A stretch of DNA of 64,000 nt from positions 11,346,001 to 11,410,000 of the forward strand of contig OZ241831.1 in assembly GCA_965202585.1 (NCBI GenBank), written 5' to 3'. Positions within the stretch are counted from its first letter, which is position 1, and each line of letters begins with the position of its first letter. Source of the stretch: Thalia democratica (lineage: Eukaryota). The notes beneath the pieces were generated by a model. It had not been told where the DNA came from, made no database searches, and saw only the letters and a list, made by a program, of their open reading frames with translations. The translations under genes were made by a program, and so were the position numbers. Positions 52,701-64,000 of the stretch are shown here, one piece after another.

Positions 52701-53906
52701 GATCTTTTGTTAGCAAACAATTAAACCTAAATTTTGAACAGTTACTTTTTATAACGTAATTTATGCTCGTCAACTAAAAACCTCAGCGTCGCTTTCGTAC
52801 GTGTCGAAGCTGACGGACTCGTGTTCGAAGGTGGTCGGGTTTACCACGACAATGTTGTGCCCTCTCTTGCCCTGACACAAGTTCCTACCGCCGTTTACGG
52901 TTATGTAGCATGAGCTGTTTCCGAAGTAGGCGTCCGACATTGAAAATATGGAAAACCCAGCTATTTTGAATTAAAATTATGAAGAAAATTTTCAACTTTA
53001 ATTTAAAAATAGCTCTTTAGTAAATTATCATTTTAAGACAAGTTTAGCATCATTAAAAAAAAACTTAAACGTTTTTTTTCAAAAACTTTAAAACTTATTT
53101 TAGCTTCCGTTTCTTAGTTTAGCTTAGTTTCTGTTTAAACTTCTTTTTTTTTTAAGTGTCTTTTAAACTTTCTTTTTAAACTCTTTCTAATTTTTTTAAA
53201 TGCTATAGAATTAGTACACCAGATAAGTTTTCCAAGTTAATAACATTAAAAATTGTTAATAATACTTTTTGATTAAACTCAACATGTTGGTTTTGTTGTT
53301 GTAACCAGCTAATAAGTTTTTATGTATATAAACGAATACTTAAGCTTGAATTTAGAGATTAAAAATAATTATCTAAAAACACTACTTCTGAAAGTTTGTA
53401 ATAAGAAAAAAAAAATTTAATTAGTATTAGTGTATAAAGAATATTTTTAAAATAATATCATTATGTTAAGATGAAATTAGCACCTAATTTAATTTATATA
53501 AGTATCGAGAATTTCAAAAGAAAATGATCAAAAAAAAAAAAACTATACAAGTTATTTGATATTTATTTGCAACTAATAATTCATAAAAATATTTTAAAAC
53601 TTAATTGATTTTGTACTAAAATACTAAATGGACTGCAAAATTAAGCTTACAACTCTAAAGATATATGTTTTAGTTTTATGTACAATATTACCTTTTTTTG
53701 TGTAATTTAAAAATAAAGGATTTGATTAGAAGTTAAATTATAAACTATTAAAAAAATGATTAAAAATGTAGTTATTGAAAAAAAGTAAAGTGGTGTAATT
53801 TATGCTTATTTTTTTAATTAAAACTTTATTTTTAACAAAACTTTCAGATTTTATTACACTTAACTCATAAAAAAACTTACTCTTAGAAGGCGGGATGTCT
53901 GGTTCC
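46737..53906 (-). CDS. Multi-exon ILEI/PANDER (FAM3-like) domain protein with Cys-rich and beta-rich C-terminal modules; 5' end unresolved
   Basis: Phase-consistent exons 53906-53881, 52960-52782, 52401-52215, 51818-51675, 51514-51299, 50536-50403, 49823-49711, 49348-49164, 47870-47817, 46822-46737 (~440 aa). ILEI motifs FGNSSCYITVNG, KRGHNIVVVN, FDTY, LIIMAVHE, RRSWTMV. A candidate upstream exon lies at 54939-54775. Confidence 0.72.
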
Positions 53907-54514
53907 CTGAAAAGCGTATAAACCGTAAAACTTTTAAAACTATAACATAAATTGTATATAAAAAGCACATCAATATATTAATTCTATGTGTCAGTATTTC
54001 TGTTACTAAATTCAATTTGTTTTATCTTTGTATAGAAATAATAGATAAAAAAAAGTATAATTATAAGAACAAAGTGTAAGACTAAAATATTTACAGGAAG
54101 AGTTTTAAGCTCCTGCTTTAAAAACATTTAAAATAAGAAAAAAGTTTGTACTTTTTTAAGTTACAAATATTATTTCAATGATAAATGTTTTAACATTAAC
54201 TAAAAAAACTAAAAACTTACGATTTTGCTAAACAGGCAAAACAGATGATGGCAAAAAGTAATTTACAACTCAACATTACACTTAGGAGACTGAAAAAATA
54301 GTGATTATCTACTTATGTTTAATGAATTATTACATAAAGCAAAAAATAAATACTTTATGTTTTTTTTTTTATCTTTAGAAGAACGTTCACAAACCTTCAC
54401 AAACTTTGCTATACGTTATTATTTTGTTTACTTAGTAAGTAAAACTTTGTCAATATATAGGCATTCACAATGATTTTAAATTATAGTAAGAGTAGATTAG
54501 TTACCCATTAAAAA

Positions 54515-56860
54515 CAAAGATTAAAATTCGGATCAATAAATGACACAATAAGATTATTTTAGAAAGTTAAAACAATGCCGAGTTAGTTATTAATTCTACT
54601 AGGTATAATCGATCAGCAAATAGTACTTTAAAATCATTTAATATAACAAACTATAAGTGTATTGCTAGCTTTAAACATTATTAGATTTAAGAACAGCGTA
54701 GCATAGAAAAATTAATCAAAACGCTTCGCAGTCTTTGATTAAAACAAAAATAAACTCAGATTACTAAAATCTACGTGTAGTTTTTAGTGTTGAACTGAAT
54801 ACTTTTAATATCTAAGTGCGTCGCGACACAAATGTGTAAAAGTATTTGTGATTGAACGTTGCTAGCTTTCAAGCTACGTCGGTCTTCATCCGGGACTGCA
54901 GAGGCGTGAAAGACTTGCACAATCCGGTTCAAATTACGACTAAGTTGTTAAAAAACGTTGAGTAGGTCACTTTAGTTAGAATAACTTGACTTTTTAATTT
55001 CCAATATAATATTTCTCCAGTTTAAAGTATGTTTAGCACAAAACAAAAACTAAAAATAACACTTTGTACTACATACTGTACTAAAAAAATGCCAAAGCCC
55101 TGGACTTTCATGTGCTGTGAGACAAGCTTTAAACTTCTAAACAACAAATTTTTATTTTACCATTTAAATTATCAAATCACAGCCTGGGTCCAACCTTGTT
55201 TCTCGCGGTCTGATGATCCAAGCGGTAAGAACTAGTAAGCAAAACTATGACTCTTGTTCGAAGTACACCTTAAATTTATCGTGAAGGGTAATTACCGAAA
55301 AGCCTGCAAATTTAACTTGAACACATAGACGTAGTTGGTCCACTGACCAGCACTTGGGAGGAGTTTTTGGGTGAAAAATGTAAAAACTAAGGACGGCGAC
55401 AAAAAACAAAGGTCAGAGTGACTTTAAAATGCTATTTGTACTAAAATCGAAGAAGATACATTTATGGAACGGTAGTTTTATATTAAACTTGCATTAGTTT
55501 TTTTCAATCAGTCATAGTATAAAACCTTTTTTTTTTTCGAAAAACTGAAAAGTTTTTAAACTTTGCCTTTAAAAGGTATAAAAGAGGTTATTTTTCAGTT
55601 TTTGTTATCATTACAAGACATATGTTGTTTAAGTCGACATTATTAATTTATACTACTTTGACATACATATTATATCTAAATATTTAATAAAAAACTTGTT
55701 AAAAATAATTGCTATAAAACTTAAAAATCTAAACAATGATAGCTATACTTAAAGCTAGTTGATGTAGTTTATTGGTTTATTTCTTAATCATGTTATTATA
55801 CTTTAGATTAGCTTTTTGGTAAAGCTACAAGAAGCATTGAATTTTACATTACATCTGTTAATATTTATTTAAAGTAATTGACTTTTCGACGCTTTTATTT
55901 GAACTTTAAAATATAATAGTTTATCAGATATAAAAATCGATCAAAACGGTTTCTGATTAAGACATACTTAACAACCAACAAATGTTAAATAGCAACTATA
56001 AAAAAATATTTACGAAAAAAAAGTAAATTGAATGGTAAAAGTAAAAAAAAAATACTGTTATTCAAAAGGAATGCACTTATATGTGGTTATTTCACATAAT
56101 CCATGCATTGGAGGTTTTGAACCATTATTGTAGTAATTTTTATCGCAATCAAAGTCGTTCAGAAAGGTCGTTCCTGACACCTTAAATATAATAACACAGT
56201 CTTCATTGTTGTTGGCGTTGTTAGGTTCACCTTTCTTCCATCTGTATAGTGCGGGTTGATCGATGTTGGTTGGATTATAAGCAGATCCGTTTGTTAGTCT
56301 GAAGTTGTTTTCCTGGCCTCTATCATTAAGGCCTATCCAAAGGAACATGTCGTTGATGATCTCATCTACAAGCTTTCTGATCTCTCTGTTAATAGAGTGG
56401 TTAGTATATTATATAAATTAGTTTTAAACTTGAAGTAAGTTTTTTTAATTTAAGCTTAGGTAAAATATTTCAAGTTGACAAACTCGAATCTGCTGCTTCC
56501 CTGATGATCTAGATTGTGAGTGATCAAGTCTCCACCCATTTCATTGCACAAAAGACGGGAGTTTTCATAACTTCCTGGAGTTGGAGTTATTCTAAAGCTG
56601 TAGCTGACTGTGAAAAATGAAACAGTTTAATTAAGTTATATTTATTTTTTTATTCAATTTTAATTGTTTTTACAAATATACTTTGCAAAATACTTGTATA
56701 AAGAATTATTTAAAATATTTCAGTTATTTTAATTTAGATTTATTAGTGTAACGTTATTTTAGCACCTAACATAAATATGGTTTAATTAAAATAAATTTCA
56801 GTTGATGCATTCTTTGAGTAACTATTTTTTAGAACTAAACTACCAAAATTTGTATTTTCA
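54515..56860. repeat. Tandem segmental duplication, copy A
   Basis: Collinear with 58455-60835 at an offset of ~3940-3975 bp, including introns. Confidence 0.92.
56058..56607 (-). CDS. C-type lectin module 2 (exons 2-3 only, no adjacent leader exon)
   Basis: Exons 56607-56484 and 56385-56058; LCNEMGGDL, LWIGLND, WKKGEPNN, EDCV, FLNDFDC, GLCE; intact frame and splice sites. Confidence 0.85.
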
Positions 56861-57719
56861 AAGATACATGTTCAAAACTACCAAGTTAAATTTTTGTACA
56901 GAATTAATCATTCTACATGATGTATTTTATTATGTTATTAAATAAATTGTTTTTTTTCTAAAATTTTAGCATGTCCTATGGATTATTTTAACCTAATTGA
57001 GAAGATGAAATGGTTAAGATTCAATTAACTTAGTAAAAGTGATAAGTAAAAATATGTAATCTATATTCTCAAAAACTTAAAAAAATTATTCTAAGAACCT
57101 TATCGATATTAAATGTGCAAACAGCAAATCTTTAATTTCTTAGTGCTTAAAAGAATATACCTATAAAATACTATTACAGATAGAAGAAAATTACGACTTT
57201 CTATCACATAATTAATTCACTAAATTTTAAAGATACTAACTAACGTAAAACACTTGGTTTTCAATTATTTAGAAAACTTAAAATTTGAAATAGTTATCCT
57301 TAATTGTTGCTAACGCTAGTTATACTTGAGAAATAAAAGTTTTTAAAACTCACTAAAATATTCTATTCATTAAAGTAAAACTGAGTATTTTAACAATAAA
57401 TACTGGACTTTCAACATATAATATAACTAGTAATTACTGATTAGTAATCAAATAGCTATAAACTGTTAGACTTTATCATACTCGTGATAATGTCTTTTAA
57501 CTTCTCAATCATCCAAAAATCATTACAAACTTATAAAAATAAACATTTCACTTAAATAAACTTCTATTACTATATTTTTTTATTGTGGTGTTTATTTGAA
57601 AACAACAAATGCTAATTAAAATAACTAAATAAAACTTGTAGAACATATTAGTTCGGTTCAATAAACGTTAAAAGTATTTTGATAATTACATTGTGTTTCT
57701 TAATGGACTACTATTAGTT

Positions 57720-57830
57720 AGGGATACGTTCAAAATCTATCCGCGTTCAAAATCCACCCGGTCAAGTTCGAGAACCGCTAACCGATCGAGGGTAAGGGTT
57801 AAGGGTAAAAGTGATAGTGAAAAATAAATT
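57720..57830. mobile_element. End of a probable MITE
   Basis: GGGATACGTTCAAAATC.. repeated CAAAATC motifs followed by GGGTAAGGGTTAAGGG; partner end not located. Confidence 0.35.
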
Positions 57831-58190
57831 AAAAATAAACAAAACAAAATGCAAAATAAAAATAAAACAATTTACTGATTTTTTTAGCTAACTTTTTTAA
57901 CTGCTCGGAAAAATTACAGTATAAACAATATATAAATTGTTTAAACAATTGTTTACTTAGTTCGAACGTTAAATTTATTAAAATATTTTTGAAAAGAAAT
58001 GTAAACCGTGCTAACAAATTTTTTATTAAAAAAAAATTAGAAATTATTATCATCTTTAAAAAAACAGTGGTAGAACACCTAAAAAATTTTTTCTTAAAAT
58101 AGCATTTTATATTTATAGCAACTATAAAAAACTATTTATAAAAAATAAAAAAGAATAAAATGAATTTAATGGTAAAAGTAAAAAACTGTG

Positions 58191-58388
58191 TTATTCAAAA
58201 GGAATGCACTTGTATGTGGTTATTTCAATAATCCATGCATTGGAGGTTTTGATGCATAACTGTAATAATTTTTATCGCATTGAAAGTCGTTCAGAAATGT
58301 CGTTCCTGACTCCTTAAATATAATAACACAATCTTCATTGTTGTTTGTATTGCTAGGTTCACCTTTCTTCTATCTTTACAGTGCGGGT
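58191..58388 (-). pseudogene. Truncated, decayed third C-type lectin exon-3 fragment
   Basis: PAL*R*KKGEPSNTNNNEDCVIIFKESGTTFLNDFQC..., two nonsense codons and a 2-bp deletion near GLCE. Confidence 0.88.
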
Positions 58389-58454
58389 TTCAGGGTTAAT
58401 TTTATAGATTTCGAAGCAAAAACCCTTCGAATGGAATCTCGCCAAAATCCTTGA

Positions 58455-60835
58455 AAATAAAAATCAAAATCCGGAACAATAAATGACAGTATAAGATTAT
58501 TTTAGAAAGTTAAAACAATGCCGAGTTAGTTATTAATTTTACTAGGTATAATCGATCAGCAAATAGTACTTTGAAATCATTTAATATAATAAACTATAAG
58601 TGTATTACTAGCTTTAAACATTATTAGATTTAAGAACATCGTAACATAGAAAAATTAATCAAAACGCTTCGCAGTCTTTGATTAAAACAAAAATAAACTC
58701 AGATTACTAAAATCTACATGTAGTCTTTAATGTTAAGCTAAATATTTTGAATATCTAACTGCGACGCGACACAAATGTGTCAAAGTATTTGTGATTGAAG
58801 GTTTCCAGATTTCAAGCTACGCCGGTCTTCATCCGGGACTGCAAAGGCGTGAAAGACTTGCAAAATTCGGTTCAAATTACGACTAAGTTGTTAAAAAACG
58901 TTGAGTAGGTCACTTTAAATATATAGAATAACTTGACTTTTCAATTTCCAATTTTATATTTCTCCAGTTTAAAGTATATTTAGCACAAAACAAAAACTGT
59001 TCATGTTTAAATTAAAAATATATATAGCTCTTTATAGTACACACTACACTAAAAAACGCCATAGCCCACAGATAAGCTTTACACTTCTAAACAACAAGTT
59101 TTAATTGTACCATTTTAATTATCAGATTACAGCCTGGGTTCAACCTTGTTTCTCGCGGTCTGATGACCCAAGCGGTAAGAACTTGTAAGCAAAACTATGA
59201 CTCTTGTTTAAATTACACCTTAAACTTTTCTTGGAGGGTAATTACCGAAAAGCCTGTAAATTTAATTTGAACACGTAGACGTAGTTTGTCCACTGACCAG
59301 CACTTGGGAGGAGTTATTGAGTGAAAAACTAAGGACGGCGACAAAAAATGGTTATGCCTGAGTGATCATAAACGTCAGAGTGACGTAGGAATTATATTTG
59401 TATTAAAATCGAAAGATACATTTATGGCAACGATAGTTTTATATTAAACTTGCAATAGTTTTTTTCAATCAGTCATAGTATAAAACCTCTTTAGTTTAAA
59501 AAAATAATAAATTTTTGAACTTTGCCTTTAAACAGTTATAAAGAGGTTATTATTCATTTTTTATCATTACAAGACATATAGTGTTTAAGTCGGTATTATT
59601 AATTATACTACTTTGACATAAATATTAAATCTAAAAATTTAATAAAAAAACTTGTAAAATGTAGTTGCTATAAAACTTGAAAATCTAAACAATGATAGCT
59701 ATATTTAAAGCTAATTGATGTAGTTTATTGCCTTTACTTCTTAATCATGTTATTATACTTTAGATTAGGTTTTTGGTAAAGCTACCAGAAGCATTGAATT
59801 CTTTATTACATCTGTTAATATTTTTTAAAGTAATTGACTTTTCGATGCTTTTATTTGAATTTTAAAATAGAATAGTTTATCAGATATAAAAATCGAATAA
59901 AACGGTTTCTGATTAAGAAGTACTTAATAACCAAAAAATGTTAAATAGCAACTATAAAAAAATATTTACGAAAAAAAAGTGAATTGAATGGTAAAAGTAA
60001 AAAAAACAGTGTTATTCAAAAGGAATGCACTTATATGTGGTTATTTCACATAATCCATGCATTGGAGGTTTTGAACCATTATTGTAGTAATTTTTATCGC
60101 AATCAAAGTCGTTCAGAAAGGTCGTTCCTGACACCTTAAATATAATAACACAGTCTTCATTGTTGTTGGCGTTGTTAGGTTCACCTTTCTTCCATCTGTA
60201 CAGTGCGGGTTGATCGCTGTTTGTTGGATCATAAGCAGATCCGTTTGTTAGTCTGAAGTTGTTTTCCTGGCCTTTATCATTGAGGCCTATCCAAAGGAAC
60301 ATGTCGTCGATGTGATCATCTACAAGCTCTCTGATCTCTCTGTTGATAGAGTGGTTAAAATATTATATAAATTGGTTTCAAACTTGAAGTTAGTTTCAAA
60401 TTTGTTTTATCAAATTAAGCTTAAGTAATGTATTTTAAGTTGACAAACTCGAATCTGCTGCTTCCCTGATGATCTAAATTGTGAGTGATCAAGTCTCCAC
60501 CCATTTCATTGCATAAAAGACGGGAGTTTTCATAACTTCCTGGAGTTGGAGTTATTCTAAAGCTGTAGCTGACTGTGAAAAATGAAACAGTTAAGTTAAG
60601 TTGTATTTATTATTTTCTTAAATTTTTATTGTTTTTACAAATATACTTTGCAAAATACTTGTATAAAGAATTATTTAAAATATTTCAGTTATTTTAATTT
60701 AGATTTATTAGTGTGACGTTATTTTAGCACTTAACATAAATAAAAAAAACTTGGTTTTATTAAAATAAAGTTCAGTTGATACATTCTTTGAGTAACTATT
60801 TTTTAGAACTAAACTACCAAAATTAGTATTTTCAC
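58455..60835. repeat. Tandem segmental duplication, copy B
   Basis: Collinear with 54515-56860. Confidence 0.92.
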
Positions 60836-61036
60836 ATAAATCGAGAAATTATAAAGCATTTTATTTTAAGAAATATTCATTGTAGTTAACAAACCGTAGT
60901 TGTCTTGTATTTCAGTGTGGATACTTTCCAGTTCGTCACAAGTCCAAGCCCATCCTCGATTGTTCGAACATTTCACACCCGATAAACCGAACATTGAGAT
61001 GATTACCATAAATGATTGGTGAAATTTCGAAATCAT
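60012..61036 (-). CDS. Secreted C-type lectin, EPN motif, ~197 aa
   Basis: Exons 61036-60895 (MISKFHQSFMVIISMFGLSGVKC, signal-like), 60572-60449, 60339-60012; phases 1 and 2 match; canonical CTLD motifs WIGL, EPN, EDC, LND. Confidence 0.9.
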
Positions 61037-62605
61037 TATTTTATTTTTGTTATCTAATTTAAGTTTAGTAAGTATTAATTGCTAATTTATAAACCGTTAA
61101 ACTCTTTGTTTTACATTGTACACATTGAATACTATGACTTAAAGATTTAAAATAAACAAAAACGTATTATTTGTACTTTAACTGTACAAGTGTACAGTTG
61201 TTTACACTTAATACACAAAATATTGAAAATTTACAGTAAGTTTTTATAAATGCTTTTTTCTGCGTTTTTTTATAAAATCTTTACAAAACTTTTAAACTTT
61301 AGATCTTTAAAACAAAACACCTACTTTAAACTCAGAGTTACATTTAGTAAAAAAAAACTTGTTTAGGAATTATATTTTATACTGAAAACTTTTTAGTTGG
61401 AAAACAAACAGATGTTGAGAATTTTATAACTGTGTAAATTACATAACTTGTTTCGTAACTTATTTACTTAATATTGTATAACTTACTTTATACATCTGAG
61501 ATATCAAATGGTTTTTCTGTATTTGTTTTACTTCAAAATAAGTTATTTAGATGTCATTTGTTTTTTATCTAAGTTGTAAACAAACAGTTTTAAATAGTTT
61601 ATAAACAAATCTACGACATTTTATAAAATAAAAACTTGTAACGTTTTATATGTTTAAACGACATAAAGATACAAACTGATAATTTTTCTACAACTGATTT
61701 TGTTAAATAACAAGTTATCTTACTAACTTCTTTACAAGTTTTGTAAACTTTCTTTACAAAATTTTGTTTCAAAAACTAGTATAACATAATAAAAATCTAC
61801 TCATTTTTCGTTAATTTTTGATAAGTTTAAAAAAGTTATTTTTAGATTTTACTACAAACAAAATTTTTTTTCTTCTAAGTTTATAAGATTGTTAATGCAT
61901 TAGTTTAATAAATCAAAAATATCCTGTGTTTTGAGCCAAACAAAACAGCTGATTAAATGAACATAAAAATGTTTAGACTTTGTCTAACTTCAACTATTAG
62001 TTTTCCTGTAATTGATAAAAATTTTGTATATGAAATTCTGCTTAAATTTTAAACGAATTTTAGTAACTTTAATTACTTAATTAAAAACGTCACTTGTTAT
62101 TTTTTATAGTTTAAATATTACAAATTGAATATAAAATAAAAACCATCTTCGTGCTCAAAGACTTTCTAATCAGTAATCACTCAATTATCGGTTTCTTATG
62201 TAAATTATATCGTTTAATCACTGTTTCAATAAACTGTTTGTATTATTAATATAGGCTCAACTTAATTACGTTTTACAAAAGTATTTGAATAATGACTCAT
62301 TATTACAACTTTCATTTGAGTATGAAATTAGTTTTAGCAACCACAGTCTCTAATAATTAGAGCCGCACGCCTGAAAAAAAAACTCAGTTGTTTTTTTAAG
62401 GTAATATTTCAGACAGGTATTACAACTTTGTTAATGACATAAAATTACGGTTTTACTGAAAAAATAACATGAAAGCTGCTTAATGTAGTATATCCTTTTC
62501 TTTAATAATATTTTTACTTTCATTTAAACAGCAATATATCTTTAAGTCTTCTTGGTGATAAAATTTAAATAGATGAAAGTTACTTTAACAAAATAAAAAT
62601 TTTGT

Positions 62606-62870
62606 TAGGGGACAGCAGCCTTATATAAGTGACGGGCCAATTTTTACAAATATTGAAAAGCTGTAGTAAACTTCTAAAAAATCTTTCAAACTGGTAGTGT
62701 AAAAAATATTAAAGTACTAGTATATAATGATTTTTATAAGTATCATTTTTTTATGTTTAGCCGCAAAACCTGTTTTTATAAAATAAAAAAAAAGTATAGT
62801 TTTGCTGTAAAGTTCATCGCAGACCTTGGAATCTGGCCTTTGGCCCGAGGGCCGCATTTACCGACCCCTA
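62606..62870. mobile_element. Decayed hAT-like MITE
   Basis: Ends TAGGGGACAGCA / TTACCGACCCCTA with a GGCCCGAGGGCCG subterminal motif similar to the 25763 element. Confidence 0.5.
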
Positions 62871-64000
62871 ATTTATACTTAAAAAAAAAATTTACACAAG
62901 TTCTATTTAAGAAGCAACTAAGTCGCTTTTTAACAAAACTTGTATTCGTTACAATCTTATTAAAAAAAAAACAAGTTTGTCATAAATTTCGCTTTGGCCC
63001 ACAACAACAATTTTCTTTCGTGATATACTTGGGAGTTTTATTGTTTATTTTAGACCACTAAATACAAAAGTAGTACATTTACTTTTCGTATCAAGCACGT
63101 TTAATTCATTGTTTAATTTTGTGGTGACGATAACTTGTTTTTGTGGCTTTGTGGAACTGAAAAAATCATTTAATTACAGTAAAATGTATATTGTTTTTGA
63201 GAATGTTAATTTTTTGCACAAGTAATTTATATTTACGTTAGTTTAATTTTAACTTTAAAAAAACAGTTTTGAAGCTTTTCTTGTGGGCACAAAACTACTT
63301 TTTAAACTTTTTTTACAACTGAATAGTTAATATTTTTTTTTTCTATTGTAAAAAGAAATTATTCCAAAAACTAAAATACTGACAATAGTTATTTTATGCA
63401 AGCAAGTTCAAACCACTTTTATTTAAAATAATAGTTTTATAACTAAAATGAAAACTTTAGTAAAATATGGAAACTTTTATATTAGCTTAAATAGATAAAT
63501 ATAATTTTTAAGCAGTTTAAAACATTTCTCTTATAACTAAAATACTGCGTTAATTGGGAATATTAATTAATATATTCGTTCGAACAGTAGCAATTTTTTT
63601 CAGTTTTGTATGCATATGCTGGGAAGTAAAAAAAAAAAAAACAAAGTTAAATACTCATGTTATTTGTAAACTGATTGTCTGAACAAGTCACTTTTTACGT
63701 TTAAAATATAAACAAAAATGAAATTAAAACGAAAAAAAGCATTTTTTAAAGTCGATACTTTTATAAAAAGGTAGGTTACATTTATATAAAATTTTTCATA
63801 TATGTAAACAGCTAAAACAAAAATATTAATACTTACATTTTTATCTTGATAAACTTTTTTTAAATTTTCATATTGAGTTATACATTACTAAATTATTTGC
63901 ACAACAAGTACGATTATTATTATTTTTATTTATAAGCAGTATTTAGTAAACATATAATTTTTGTTGTTGCTTAAAACAAAACATCACTTTATGAATAAAT

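Noticed and set aside
55200-55240. CTGATGA motif (also ~59160) as a hammerhead or C/D snoRNA
   Set aside because: No GAAA core at the right spacing and no convincing box D with terminal stem.
56073-56080. Cryptic donor (TAT AA|gtgcat) fusing the lectin to the ILEI gene
   Set aside because: Weak donor, the exon reads to a clean stop, and no further support.
364-63061. Short AT-rich ORFs in the track (e.g. 364, 2774, 10732, 20030, 24234, 30065, 35099, 38629, 57829, 62753)
   Set aside because: Low-complexity F/L/I/K/N translations of introns or intergenic DNA.
1-64000. CRISPR arrays, rRNA, tRNA or prokaryotic operons
   Set aside because: None seen; the window is spliced eukaryotic DNA.

Overview
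Eukaryotic, AT-rich invertebrate-type genomic DNA with GT-AG introns and CpG-rich exons; no prokaryotic features, CRISPR array, rRNA or tRNA seen. All gene models were assembled by hand from splice signals and reading-frame phase, and all homology calls are from recalled family motifs, not database searches. (1) 142-23806 (+): 21 phase-consistent exons (~2315 aa, 5' end upstream of the window) of a Treslin/TICRR orthologue. Its introns hold CpG-rich E2F/CHR/CCAAT islands, MITEs and a Penelope-like element (PLE). (2) 24.6-29.3 kb: two more PLE remnants, a hAT MITE and an intronless BACK-Kelch pseudogene. All three PLE remnants carry hammerhead-ribozyme-like motifs. (3) 33650-38434 (+): a tiny TEX55-like RIIa-type D/D-domain gene whose intron contains a second same-strand ORF. 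(4) 39.2-42.1 kb (-): inverted Treslin-related pieces, including an intact ORF keeping an 18-aa Treslin C-terminal motif. (5) 46737-53906 (-): a multi-exon ILEI/PANDER-domain gene with unusual architecture. (6) 54.5-61.0 kb (-): a tandem duplication giving two intact C-type lectin modules and one decayed fragment, with only one signal-peptide exon.
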